From contig JAXLNO010004294.1 of assembly GCA_038087875.1 (NCBI GenBank), forward strand, positions 1 through 64,000: a DNA stretch of 64,000 nt, in the 5' to 3' direction. This document shows, piece after piece, positions 1-13,602 of this stretch (positions are counted from its first letter, which is position 1; each line of letters begins with the position of its first letter). A model generated the notes under the pieces. That model made no database searches. It had not been told where the DNA came from and saw only the letters and a program-made list of their open reading frames with translations. This stretch comes from Malacoraja senta (taxonomy: Eukaryota). Position numbers and translations under genes: made by a program.

Positions 1-138
1 TTGGAAATGATCCAAAAGCATCTGTGGAAGTAAATAGAGTTGCAAACATTTTAGTTGCCAAATTAAATGATGAAGGTCTAGAATGTGAATTCAGATTTCC
101 CCTCCTTAAGTTTGAACTTTTCCTTGCTTTCTGGGTAT

Positions 139-410
139 TTAGTTTAATTTAGAGATACAGTGCAGAAACCTGTCCTTCAGCCCACTGAATCCTCGGCGAC
201 CAGCGATCCCCGCACACTATCACTATTGTATGCACGCTTGGGACAATTAGAATTTTACTAAGCCAATTGGTATGTCATTTGAATGTGGGAGGAATCCGGA
301 GCACCCGGAGGAAACCTGCGCCTGTCATGGGAAGTACGTACAAACTCCATGCAGAGATAAACCGTAGTCAGGATCAAACCCGGGTCCCTTGCGCTGTAAA
401 ACTACCGTGC
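139..410 (-). mobile_element. HE1-type V-SINE
   Basis: Reverse complement of the V-SINE consensus seen at 19847. Confidence 0.85.
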
Positions 411-1204
411 TCAACCATATTTTTAGCATTTCCTGCCAAATCCTAAACTGTATCAGAAGATGACTTCTCATGCAGTCTTGGTCTTATGCCATTTCAAATA
501 TTGTTTTGAAAATATTACTACAATGGTTTATGAATAATAGAAGTGACTTACTATACCAGTTAAAAATCATTGTGAAAAATGTAATTCCCTCCAAATTACA
601 TTCCCTTCTGTTGTGCAGCAAGTAAGAATTCATTGTCCTATCTGGGACATATGACAATAAAATACTCTTGACTCTTGAAGATGTGAGGAAGGGTCTCAAC
701 CTGAAATGTCACCTATTTCTTTTTGCCAGAAATGCTGCATGACCCACTGAGTTACACCAGCATTTTGTTTCTATCTTCGGTGTAAACCAGCATCTGCAGT
801 TCGTTCTTACAAAGATATACCTCTACCACCTGAGTTCCTACAGCAGTTGTTTTTATGATACTAGGTTGACATGCAATTGAGACATGCTGTGAGCTTCCTT
901 TCAAAGGAGGACAATTAAGCCCATATGCTCAATCCATGCACATTTTAACCAATGACGTATAGTAAAGCCTTAACAGTACAATTTACATTCAGCTTTCAGA
1001 TAATGCATTCGACCACAAACAGATGTCTATCTCATTAAATTCTACCAGATAAGGCTTGGAAAGTCTGAAAAGGGGTCTCGACCCGAAACGTCACCCATTC
1101 CTTATCTCCAGAGATGCTGCCTGTCCAGCTTTCTGTGTCTATCATTGAAAGACATTCTCCCTCCCCCACAATTCCTGCAGCTTAACATGCTTCTTTTTTT
1201 TCTC

Positions 1205-2080
1205 CTAGAAAAAGACACAAAGTGCTGGGGCAACTCGACGGGTCAGGCAGTATCATTGGAAAACATGGATATGTGGTGTTGTGGAACAGGATCCTTCTTC
1301 AGACTCATTGTGGGAGGTTGGGGGGGTGGTATGGGCATTGTAGAGGGGGAGGGGGTGGGGGAGATGAAGGAAACTGGATGAAAGGAGGGGCAGGTAATAG
1401 GTGAACATAGGTGAGGAGGCGGTAATGGGGGGAGTTGATAGGGAGATTATTGGACAAGGGCCAGAGATAAAATACAGAAGGTGTGCAACAAAATAATTGA
1501 AAAGTTGCAAATGGCAAATTTAGAAGGAAGGGGGTGAGGAGGGAACTAGGTGCAAGTCCAGGTGGGCTACAGGGGAGGGGGGCAACGGTGGGGAGAAATA
1601 TGGGTGTGGGGGAGAAAGGGGAGGAGGAGGAGAGTAGGGCTTAGGTTTCCTAAAATTGGCGAGTTCAATATTCACACCATCAGGTTGAAAGCTACCCAAG
1701 AAGAATATTAGGGGCTGTTTGCATGTGACCTCACACTGGCAATGGAGGAGACCCAAAACAGAAAGGTCAATATGGCAATGGGAAAGGAAGTTCAAGTGGT
1801 TAGCAACCAGGAGATCCAGAAGTCCATGGCAGATCCAGTGCATATTTTCGGCGAAATGGTCGTGGAGTCAATGCTTGGTCTCGTCGATATACAGGAGGCC
1901 ACATTGGGAACACCGGATGCAATAGATCAGTTTAGAGAAGGTGTACATGAACCTCTTGTCTCACCTAGAAGGACTGCCATGGTCCCTCGAGGCAGACCAC
2001 AGAGGAGGTACAGGAACAGATGTTACATCCGCAGTTGCAGGGGAGATTACCTGGGATGCGATGGTTTGGGTGGGAAGTGA
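1205..2080 (-). mobile_element. Penelope-like element 3' fragment (GIY-YIG region plus terminal repeat)
   Basis: Minus ORF 1520..1843 contains DLSVLGLLHCQ; terminal repeat ending TCTTCAGACT on +. Confidence 0.8.
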
Positions 2081-4059
2081 TGAGAATTTTAGGTAACCTA
2101 CCCCCATTTCTTCCCCTCCCCTGTGCCCCATCTGGACTTGCATCTATTTATGCCCTCCCCCGTCACCTTCATCCATTCCTCTATTCTCACAATTCACCAT
2201 TCTTTAATTCCTTTTTGTCTTTTTCATCTCTGTTCTTTGTTCAATCATTTGCCTGTCGGCAAATCCTCTCTGCAACATTTTAGTTTAGTTTATTGTTACG
2301 TGTACAGAGGTACAGTGAAAAGCTTTTGTTGCCTGCTAACCAGTCAGCGTAAAGACAATACATGATTACAAACTAACCATTTACAGTGTAGAGATACATG
2401 ATGAGGGAATACCATTTAGTGCAAGGTAAAGCCAGTAAAGTCCGATCAAAGAAAGTACGAGGGTCACCAATGATGCAGAAAGTAGTTCAGGACTGCTCTC
2501 TCATTTTGGTATCTATCACCTATCATCTGCCATACTTTGTTCTGCCCCTCCTCTCTTCCAGCTTTATTTACCCCCACAATCAGTTTGAAGAATGGTCCTG
2601 ACCCAAAACCTTAGCATCCCACGCTCTCCAGTAATGCTGTCCATCCCACTGAGTTATTCCAAAACTGTGTCTTTTTTTGTTAACCAGCATCTTCAGTTCC
2701 TCCTTTCTTCTTTCTCCTCCTTCCCAGTCCTGAAGGGTCTCTGGCCTGAAACATTAGCTCTGCTTTCCTGCCCACAGATGAGGCCTGACCTACTGCATAT
2801 TGCCAGTGTGTTCGGTATTTTACTAAAGTCAATTTTAATAATACTATTCCTGCATGCATTAATGAATTACTATCCTTTTCAACTATGTTCATGGTATGAA
2901 CATTTCAGCATTCAATTCTACCGTAAAAATATCATAAAAATACCAAACAACAGTGTTATTCAAACAAGTAGTTAATATCGAGACATGTTGGAATCTTGAG
3001 CAATGAAATACTGGAGGAACTCAGTGAGTCAGGGAGCATCTGTGGCTGGAATGGACAGGTAATGTTTTGAGTCAGGTCCCGTCTTCAGTAGTTTAAATAG
3101 TTTTGAATCTAGCTACTTGCAATAAATCAGTAATTTTAGTGGTTTTTATGGTTAGTTTAGAGTTACAGCGGAAACAGGCCCTTCGGCCCACTGAGTCCAT
3201 GCTGACCATTGATCTACCATTCACTCTAGTTATTCCACTTTCTCGTCCACTCTTTATACACTAGGGGCAATTTACATAGGCCAATTAACCTACAAAGCTG
3301 CATGCCTTTGGGTTGTGGGAGGAAACCGGAACACCTGGAGGAAACCCACAGTGAAAATGTGCAAACTCCACATAGACAGACCTGAAGTCAGGATTGAACC
3401 TGGGTCTCTGGCGCTATGAGGCAGCAACTCTCTCCCATTGCACCACTGTGCTGTACTTCACAAAACCCATTAGCCAGATCAACACACGTAAATGGCAAAA
3501 AAAAATCAAAGGAGCATTGGCGGCCATGGGTGCCTGTGTTATATGGAAAATAAATTGTGAGGAATAGGACTGATGAATGAAAGAATGATTGAATGATGCT
3601 CTATTGTCACATGTACCCAAGGTATATGTGTATAGTGAAATGCTTTGTTTTCCATACAACCTCGGTCTATCCTTGACCGGACTTTGCTGGCTTCACTTTG
3701 CACTAAACATTATTCCTTTTATCATTTGTCTCTACATTGTAAATGCATTGATTGTAATCATGTATTGTCTTTTTACTGACTGGTTAGTAAGCAACAAAAC
3801 GCTTTACACTGTACCTCGGTACACGTGACAATAAACTAAACTGAACCTAGGCTGTACAAAAATGTCGTCATGTGTTGGCGCAGACAAAGTTACAAAGTAC
3901 CGAACAGTCCTATCCACTGCCTGTTGCCGCACATGGCAGCAGACCCCATCCCCACCAGTTCCCCCTTCATTCTTGGTGGCGCCCCCACCCTCACAGTTCC
4001 CCATTTGTTCTCGTCCCCCTCAATGGGACAGCCTCTCTGTGCTGAATGATTTTGATTTG

Positions 4060-4850
4060 ATTTGATTTATTTCTTGTCATTTGAACCTCAAAGAGGCTCA
4101 AACAAAACTCTGTTTCCACAGCCATACAAAACAAACAATTCCTACAAGACACACAAACAATTCAATTTACAGAAAAACATCCATCACAGTGAATCTCCTC
4201 CTCACTGTGATGGAAGGCAAAGTCTTTTCTCTCCCTGCCCCATTTTTCTCCCGATGTTGAAGCCCCAGGCGGGCAATGTTAAGTCCCACGGCGTTGAGGC
4301 CGCGCCGGGGGCGGTATACAGCCTCGCTCCGGGCCCAAAAGTCACAAAGTTGGAGCCCCCCGGCGGGCGCTGGATTTACGCCCCGCTCCGGTCGTTCCAA
4401 CCCGCGACTCGAGCTGGAGAAGTTGCGTTGCGGAAGCTCCGGAAAGCGGTCTCTCACCCGGACCCGCGAACTCCCGATATCATAGTCCACAGGACTGCAG
4501 CTGGAGCTCCCGGAGTCGGGCCGCAGCAACGAGCCACCACCGCTCCCGCGCTCCGAGGCCGGCCAGCCCCACGATGGTGAGTCCGCAGCTCCACAGGCTC
4601 CACGACTGGAGCCCCAGGTCGTCCCGTCGGAGGCCGCTCCACGGAGCTAGGCCCCAACGACAACGGAGACCCGACAGGGAAAAGGTCGGGTCTCCCGTGC
4701 AGGGAAGAGATTTTTAAAGTTTCCCCCTCCCCCCACATATACACAATTAAAACAGTACAAAAAAAACACAAACAACTACATTTAACTAGACAAAATAAAA
4801 AAAAGACAGACGGGCTGTAGGGGCCGCTGCAGTAATCCGCGCCGCCGCAC
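4060..4850. repeat. Unclassified GC/CpG-rich interspersed repeat (relatives near 9350-9590, 35880-36420, 46930-47260)
   Basis: Shared motifs CATCCA(C/T)CACAG...CTCACTGTGATGGA(A)GGCAAA, GGAGCTCC and AAAGTTTCCCCC; ORFs here are low-complexity and GC-driven. Confidence 0.6.
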
Positions 4851-7800
4851 TCCGCCTGCCCTACGTCTACAATGTTCTAAGTATAAGATTAGATTAAGCA
4901 ATGCTCACTGTTGGACTTTGTACCTGCAAACCTTTATTACTTTGTTGGTCTCTTTGAATACAAACATTCTTGGGTGTTCTTGTCTGTACAAACTAAAATG
5001 TGTTGGTTTCTCTGTGACGTTTGAATTCGTGTATCATGCTCGCCAATCTTTTTTAGCAGATGCAGCATGGAAACAGGCCTTTCTGCCCACTGAGTCTTCA
5101 CTGACCATCAATCACCCATACACTAGTTCTATGTTTTCCCTGTTTCACATCCTACACACTCTGGCAATTTACAGCGGCCAATAAACCTACAAACACACAC
5201 GTCTTTGGAACGTGGGAGGAAACAATAGACAATAGACAATAGGTGCAGGAGTTGGCCATTTGGCCCTTCGAGCCAGCACCACCATTCAATGTGATCATGG
5301 CTGATCATCTCCAATCCAGTACCCCGTTCCTGCCTTCTCCCCATATCTCCTGACACCGTTATCTTTAAGAGGCCCATCTAGCTCTCTCTTGAAAGTATCC
5401 AGAGAACCTGCCTCCACTGCCCTCTGAGCACCCAGAGGAAGCCGAGCGGTCACAGGGAGAACGTATCAACTCCATACAAACAGAACCCATTGTTGGGATC
5501 CTTCTTGTGTCTGTGTAGGAAGGCACTGCAGATGCTGGTTTACACCAAAGATAGAGACAAAATACTGGAGTAACGCAGTGGAACAGGCAGCATCTATGGA
5601 TAAAAGGAATGTATCTTCTTGTACCCCACTCGTTATATATTAATTTATTGTAATTAGAGCAGTCTGCAAAACTCTCCCATAGATGAGAACAAGTGTTTAT
5701 GTGGATTGGCTACCATTAAACTCTAGTCCCCTGCAATGAAATGCAGATTTAGCATTTTACAGATCATTGCTTTGAGGGCCCCGTTTACAATGATATGTGC
5801 ATCCCATCATTTAGAATGCCCCTTCACCTACTCTTTCGAAGCATTCTCCACACATATAGTCACAGGGACACACAAACAGAACCATCAGCCGACAGTCCAC
5901 TCTGACCATGAAGCACTCATTCCATACCATTCCATCCCACCATTGATCTACAGGAGGTGCTGCCTCAGAAAGACAGCTAATATCATCAGAGACCCACACC
6001 ACCCTGGCCATACTCTCAGGGCCGGCCACCCTGGACCAGGAATTCGCCCGGAAGATCTGGCCCATCCATCATGGACCGAGTCTTGCTCGCTGTGGACCAA
6101 GGATGGAGGACCCACCTGGAAGGCCCAGCTCGCCCGCCCAGAGTGGAAGGAGTCAGATGGATGGCTTATAGGCAGACTGGCTGCGGGAGGGAATGGACTG
6201 CCTCAACAGTGGAGAGGGTGCTGGAGGCCCTGCAGCAGCCTGGGGCTTGGCTGTTCCAGGTGCTGTTCCAAGAGGCCGGGCACATGGACCAGTTGCACCC
6301 TGCAGCAGTAGAGGACACCACAGCTTCGATTGGCCAGGCCGACCCTGCAACACCAGGACAATGGGCCTCATGGTCAGGCCAAGAACCCTCACTTACACCT
6401 TGAGGGACTTGGAAATGGCACCATAAACTGGCGACACTGTATACTGTCTCAGCGTACTACTGCTATACACTTGTACTGTATCTGCGATGCTTATCTCAGA
6501 CGTATCTAAGGGCTTATATATAGCGATACCTGTGCTAAACTGTATACAATAATGAATTTCACTGTACCTCGGAACTTGCCACAAATAAAATACCGTTGAA
6601 CCAATCAACTGCCTCTGAGGTTAGAGAGCCTGAGAACTGTTAGCTCCAGGTTTAAGAGCAGCTTTTTTTCTCATGAGCAGCAGGCTTTTAAACACTGCAC
6701 AACACTAACCACAATCTTACCTCAACAACTCTGATTTGCAATAACTTTATTTTGGTTGCAGTAAGGACGTTTGTTTTTCCACTGTTATGGTCTGGTTACC
6801 TAGTATAACTAATATTAATTTATTTTACCATTGATTGTTGATATTTAATATGTGTATAAGAATGTCATTGTTCCATTGCCAGTACAGATGACAATTAAAC
6901 TCTTGCTCTTGACCAACCCATTCTTATTCTCTGCAAATTCCCATCATCTCTTTCCAGATTCTATCACTTACCTGCAAATGACAGTCAATTTACATTGAAG
7001 AAACAAGGAACTACAAATGTTGGTTCACAAAGAAAGAGACACAAAGTGCTGGAGCACCTTAGTGGGTCCGGCAGCATCCCTGGAGATCACGGATATGTGA
7101 TGATGGATAGAGGTTTCGGGTCAAGACCCCTTCTTCACTCTGTAGAAGGGTGTTTACCCTAAACGTCATCTAGCCACGTTCTCCGGAGATGCTGCCTGAC
7201 CAGCTGAGTTACTCCAGCACTTAGCGATAGACACAAAATGCTGGAATAACTCAGTGGGTCAGGCAGCATCTCTGGAGAATAGGAATGGGTGATGTAATCA
7301 GATTGAGGCCCTTCTTCAAACTTTGTCATCATTGTGCTAACTTGCTCCATCCCATTCACCCATCATCTTTCTGATTGAAAAATATTCAGATTTTAAACTC
7401 TGATCATTGTATTTCAATATCTAAGACCAACAGCTCTTTCATTCAAAGCAAATCTTTCAATCATTTGTTCTTATTATCTCTATATCACCCCCTGTATCTC
7501 TCATTTCCCTTTCCCCTGACTATCAGTCTGAAGAATCTCGACCTGAAACGCCACCTATTCCTTTTCTCCAGAGTCGCTGTCTGACCCGCTGAGTTACTCC
7601 AGCTTTTTGTGTCTATCTTCGGTTTAAACCAGCACCTGCAGTTCCTTCCTACGCAGCTCCTCCCTCGGCATGCATACAGTCCATACAAATTCACAGTTGA
7701 GGTTAGCGTTGTGTAGCGTTCAAGTGCATGATAGTTGTTGGGAAGAAGCTATTCTTGAACCTGGAGGTCATGGTTTTCAAACACCTATACTTTCCAACCC

Positions 7801-9189
7801 ATGGTGGGAGGTAATGAAAGCGTGGCCAGGGGGATGATGTTGGCTTCCTTTTTGAGGCAGCGTCTCGCGTGGATCCCTTCGATGGTGGTGAGGTCAGAAC
7901 CCACGAGACCGGGCAGTATAACTTCCTGATTATTCACAAATTTAAGTATTTCATCTGGAAGAGCAGGCCTAAGTCATAGAATTGCTCTCTAAATATCCCT
8001 TCCTTTAAGATGCACCTTAAATGTTTATTTTGCTAATTGTCATGTCATGCCATTATACTGCTCGAAGTAAAATGTTACAGAATAATATTCTTACGAATCT
8101 CATTGAAGCATTTTCCTACATTGGAACTGCTATAAATGTCATTCTTTATATCTAAGCCTGTTTCCCCATTCACCAAATTAGATTATTACCATCAAAGGAA
8201 ATGTCATTGTTTTGTTGGCTCTGGAGATGCGTGTTGGAATGTGATCATTAAAATGATGATTAATGAACAAAATAAAGACAAAGTGTTGGAGTAACTCAGC
8301 AGATCAGGCAGCATCGCTGGTGAGAATGGATAGGTAATGTGTCGAGTTGGACCCTGTAGACCTATGGACTGTCTTTGGTTAAACTAAGCATTTGCGGTGT
8401 ATTTGCACATGTATTGGGATTATCAATTAACTGGATTTTTAGTATGTTATCTATTTGTATTGTCTTACAGGTCTGCTAAGCTGCTACAAGAATGTCATTG
8501 TTTTGTAGTCAGCACATATGACAATTGAACATTCTATACTATCTTTCCTTCTGGACTCTCTTGTGGAGTGGGATCAAACCTAACATAAGCAAAATGTTGC
8601 CATTCATCCTTTGTTCCCAATCTCTGATATTCTATAAGATCATAACCGATCCTCTAGCAGACCACCATTTTTCCGTATTCTGGATTCCTTTTGTATCCAA
8701 GCATATTCCTATCCCTGCCTCAAGCATCTGATTGACTGAATGCCCACAGCCTTCTTGGACAGAGAATTTGAAAGACTAATTACCGTCTGGGTGAAAAGAT
8801 TTCATCTCATTACTGCACTGAATTCAATGATATTTTATTGTCACATGCACCTAGGTACAGTGAAATGCTTCGTTCCGTATACAACTCGGTATAATCATAT
8901 AGCAGACCTAACCTAGACAATACACAAGGGTCACCATGTTTTGGTGCCATAAGAATGTCTGAACCCTTATTTTTAAACTGTGAATTTTGGTTCCAGACAC
9001 ACCAGTCTGGGGAGAAATAAAAAGATCATCCCTCATGTTCTGAACTTTGACTCACTTCATAAGTCAAAGGTGCAGAATTTGGTTGTTCAGCCCATCGAGT
9101 TTACTCCACAATTTAATCATGGCTGACCTATCGTTACCTCTCAGTGCCGTTCTCCTGTCATCTCCCTGTGACCTTTGACACTCTTACAA

Positions 9190-10630
9190 ATCGGGCGGCA
9201 TTTTCTGTTTTTGTATTCCAGTCCTCTTGATATAAATCACCTTCCTGACTACCGATTCAATTTGCAAATTAACCTTTTGAGAGTCCTGCACCAACACTCC
9301 CATGTCACTGTGTGCCTCCGATTTCTGGATTCTCTCTCCATTTGTAAAATAATGAGATTAGAGATTCCTTTATTTGTCATTCAGACCTTTCGCTCTGAAC
9401 GAAATTTCGTTGCCTGCAGTCATACATATAATAATAAATAACAAAACACACAATAAACACAAATTAACATCCACCACAGTGAGTTCACCAGGCACCTCCT
9501 CACTGTGATGGAGGCAAAAGTCTTAAAGTCTCTGTCTCTTCCCTCCTTGTTCTCCCTCTGCGCTGAGGTGACCCAGGCTTCTGATGTTGTAATCTACGCC
9601 TTTATTCTTATTACCAAAATGCACGTCTCCACACTTTGCTATACTGGATTTCATCTGCCACTTCTCTGCCCACTCTCCTAACCTGTACACGTTCACATTA
9701 CAGGAGTAGAATTAGGCCATTCGGCCCATCGAGTCTACACCACCATTCCATTATGGCTGATCTGTGCCTCCTAATCCCATTTTCCTGCCTTCTCCCCATG
9801 ATAACCCGTTCTAATCAAGAATTTGTTGATCTCAGCCTTAACAATATCCACCAACTTGGCCTCCACAGCCCTCTGTGGCAATGAGTTCCACAGATTAACT
9901 ACCCTCTGACTAAAGAAATTCCTCCTCACCTCCTTTCTAAAAGAGCACCCTTTAATTCTGAGGCTATGACCTCTGGTCCTCGACTCACCCACCAGTGGAA
10001 ACATTCTTTCTACATCCACTCTATCTATGCCTTTCATTATTCTGTAAGTTTCAATTAGGTTCCCCCCTCAACCTTCTTACCTCCAGCGAGTAGGGGCCCA
10101 GTGCTGTCAAACGCTCATCATATGCTAACCCACTCATTCATGGAATTATTCTTGTAAACAACCTCCGAACCAGAGCCAGCACATCCTTCCTCAGATAGGG
10201 GGCCCAAATTTGCACACTGTACTCCAAACGTGGCCTGATCAGCGCTTTTGAAGCCTCAGAATGACATGTCTGTTTTTGTATTCCAGTCCTCTTGATATAA
10301 ATCACCTTCCTGACTATCGATTCAATTTGCAAATTAACCTTTTTGGGAGTCCTGCACCAACACTCCCATATCACTGTGTGCCTCCGATTTCTGGATTATC
10401 CCTCCATTTGTAAAATAATCTACGCCTTTATTCTTATTACCAAATGCATGTATCCCACACTTTGCTATACTGAATTTCATCTGCCACTTCTCTGCCCACT
10501 CTCCTAACCCGAACAAGTCCTTCTACAAAGTCCTTGCTTCCACTGCACTGCATGCCCCTCCACCTATTTTAGCATCATCTGCAAACTTGGCCACAAAACA
10601 TTCAATCCCCTTATCCAAATCACTACTAAA
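9190..10630 (-). mobile_element. CR1 LINE fragments with local duplication and nested insert
   Basis: ORFs 9771..10037 (ESRTRGHSLRIKG...NFFSQRVVNLWNSLP) and 10138..10374 (RPRLEYSVQIWAPYLRKD). Confidence 0.85.
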
Positions 10631-10789
10631 CAACATAAACGTGACGACGGCACGTTTGGAGCTAAGAGTTGTCACTCAATCAATAGCAAAATCCACAGTG
10701 TGTGCTAATCTTCTATTGATTTCGCATTGTACTAGTGCCTCACTATCTTCCCACATTTGGCCATAAACATGAACCTGTCAAACAATGCA

Positions 10790-11885
10790 CTTTGTGTAAG
10801 AAAGAACTGCAGATGCTGGTTTAACTCAAAGGTAGACACAAAATGCTGGAGTAACTCAGCAGGCAGGCAGCATCTCTGGAGAGAAGGAATGGGTGACCTA
10901 TCGGGTCGAGACCCTTCTTCAGACTGATGTCAGGGGAGTTGACAGGACAAAGATAGAATGTAGTTGAAGACATTAAGACTGGTGGGAGAACTGGGAAGGG
11001 GAGGGGATAGAGAGGGAACGCAAGGGCTATTTAAAGTTAGAGAAGTCAATGTTCATACAGCTGGGGTGTAAACTACCCAAGTGAAATATGAGGTGCTGTT
11101 CATCCAATTTGCACTAGGCCTCACTCTGACAATGGAGGAGGCCCAGGACAGAAAGGTCAGATTGTGAATGGGAGGGGAAGTTGAAGTGCTGAGCAACCAG
11201 GAGATCAGGTAGGTTAAGATGGACAGAGCGGAGTAGTTCAGTGAAATGATTGCCAAGCCTGTGCTTGGCCTCGCTGATGTAGAGAAGTTGGCTCCTGCAA
11301 CTGCAGATGCAGTAGATGAGGTTGGAGGAGGTGCAAGTGAACCTCTGCCTCACCTGGAAAGACTGTTTGGGTCCTTGGATGGAGTTGAGGGGAGAGGGAA
11401 AGGGACAGCTGTTGCATCTCCTGCGGTTACAGGGGAAAGTACCTGGGGAGGGGGTGGTTTGGGTGGAAAAGGACGATTTGATGAGGGAATTTCCGAGGGA
11501 ACGGTCTCCACGAAAAGCAGAAAAGGGGAGGAGATGGGAAGATGTGGCCAGTAGTGGGATCCCGTTGGAGTTGGCAAAAATGATGGAGGATTATATGCTG
11601 TATGCGACGGTGGAAGATGAGGACAAGGGGGACTCTGTCCTTGGTATGAATGGGGGGGGGGGGTAGGGAGAGCAAGAGCGGAGCATCGAGGAGACCCTAG
11701 TGAGTGCCTCATCTATAATGGAAGAAGGGAACCCCAGTTTCCTAAAGAATGAGGACATCTCCGATGCCCTGGAAAAGAAAACCTCATCCTGGGTGCAGAT
11801 GCTGCGTAGACAGAGGAAGTGGTAGTCGGGATAGAGTCTTTACAGGAAGCAGGGTGGGAAGAAGTGTAGTCCAGATAGCTATGGG
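10790..11885 (-). mobile_element. Penelope-like element 3' fragment (GIY-YIG endonuclease region plus terminal repeat)
   Basis: ORF 11114..11353: RQRFTCTSSNLIYCI...LLYISE...VAQHFN..SHSQSDLSVLGL. Confidence 0.88.
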
Positions 11886-11889
11886 AGTA

Positions 11890-12260
11890 TTGTATTGTAT
11901 TGTATTGTATACCTTTATTGTCATTTCCTGAGTATTCACATACCCAGAGGAAACAAAAAAACGTTCCTCAACCAGTGTCCATTTCAGTGTGCAGTAAAAA
12001 ATAAATAGAAGTAAAAATACATATATCATGAACAAATTAACACTCTACTCTCTACTAAACATCAACAGGCGTTCCGATCGGCAGCGGCACAACAGTGGCT
12101 CTGCTACAGTGTGTCCAGGTTGGTGGTTGGTGCACGATATTTTGGCAGGGGGGCAAAGTCCGTTTATCAGTCTTATAACCTGCGGGAAGAAGCTGAGGAG
12201 CATCCTGCTGGTTTTGCACCTAATGCTCCGGTACCTCTTCCCAGATGGCAGGATGGAGAA
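11890..12260 (-). mobile_element. Rex1/Babar LINE 3' end
   Basis: ORF 12045..12371 has SHHIFSILPSGKRYRSIRCKTSRMLLSFFPQVIRL. Confidence 0.8.
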
Positions 12261-12910
12261 TATGTGATGCGATGGCTGGTAGGTTTGTAGTAGATGTTGG
12301 TCAATAGTATGTTTCCTGTTATGGAGATGGTGAGATCTAGAAACGGTAGGGAGATGTCGGAGATGGTCCAATTGAATTGGAGTGCAGGATGGAAATTGGT
12401 GGTGAGGTTGATGAAGTCAGTGAGTGCTGCATGGGTGCAGGAAGTAGCACCAATGCAGTCGTCAATGTAGCGGAGGTAGAGTTCGGGGATCGGGCCAGTG
12501 TACCTCTGGAACAGTGATTGTTCGACGTTCCCTACAAAGAGGCAGGCACAGCCCTTTCACGCCTCTCCCACATCGTATTCCCATTCTTACAATTACAACT
12601 TGAAATCAAAGATGTTTTTGTTTCAAACCGCGTCGCTCCTGTTTGTTTTACACGAGTTAAAATCAGTTTAAACCAATATCTGTAGTTCCTTCTTCCACAA
12701 AGGAAACGGGGCATTGTGCAAATCAAAGCAGAAATTCCATCTGGATTGTACTGAAACAGTGGAGATTAAACCCTTTTAACGTCCGCATGAACCATGAACC
12801 AGATTGAATGTGTATTGCGCGCTTGTTTAAACTCAGTCGCCTCCGGTCAAGATTGAGATAAAGCCAAGACGCTTTTAGCCAGTAACGAATAAAATGAGTC
12901 ATTAACTTAC

Positions 12911-12962
12911 CTGCTTGAGCCCCTTGTACGCGGAAGATACTCAACAAGATGAACAGAATCAT
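12911..12962 (-). CDS. Leader exon of a second, probably class I-like gene (MILFILLSIFRVQGAQA)
   Basis: ATG at 12962, 17 codons + G, donor gtaagt. Same 52-nt length and phase as the gene 1 leader, with pattern M.LF.LL....V. Confidence 0.75.
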
Positions 12963-13036
12963 TTCACGCACAACCACTCGCATCAACAGCAGCAACTGAG
13001 CCAAACTTCACCAACATCAAAGCAGGATCTCATCAT

Positions 13037-13079
13037 GCAATCAGAATAAAAATACCACGGGTCGTCACCAGTTGTCGAG
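13037..13079 (-). promoter_or_regulatory. X1-X2-Y module upstream of the second leader exon
   Basis: Minus strand CTCGACAACTGG-TGACG (13067-13063), 21 nt, then ATTGC (13041-13037, in CTGATTGC). Same spacing as gene 1. Confidence 0.65.
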
Positions 13080-13602
13080 CGATGTCATTGAACCAGCAGG
13101 AAACAATTGACTGTAATGGAGACATGAGGAGGTGCTGATGCCGATTTACAACAACAAAAGACACAAAGCGCTGGAGTAACTCAACGGGTCGAGCAGCATC
13201 TTTGGAGAAAACGGATAGGTGACTATTGTCAGTCTGAAGTAGGGTCGCAATCTGAAACAGCGCCTGTCAATGTCCTCCAGAGATGTTGCCCGACCTGCTG
13301 AGTTACTCCAGCACTTTGTTTTTTTCGCACTCTATAGCAAATGGAATGGAAAGGCAGGGCGTAGTTGCCTGGAACTGTAATTACGTTTCAGATAACACTC
13401 CATTCTTGTGCTGCTAACTGCTCCTTATGTTATGATTCAAGAGACCCATAAATCCAATGCCTATGCTGACTTGAATCATTACAATGCAGAACAAAAAGGA
13501 GGAAACCATACACTGTACACAGCAGGTAGAGCTGCTGCCTCACAGCACCAGAGACCAGCGTTAGATCCTCACCTCTGGTATTGTCTATGTAGATTTTCTT
13601 TA

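Noticed and set aside
4062-4771. Several long ORFs on both strands
   Set aside because: Pro/Arg/Ala-rich products of a GC-rich interspersed repeat with relatives elsewhere in the window.
5736-6426. Overlapping 110-190 aa ORFs
   Set aside because: The start is a Rex1/Babar 3' remnant (RKTANIIRDPHHPGH); the rest is GC-rich repeat-like sequence with no domain motif.
12723-12910. Continuation of ORF 12723..13004 beyond the leader
   Set aside because: It reads through a consensus gtaagt donor; the downstream peptide has no recognisable features and is treated as intron.
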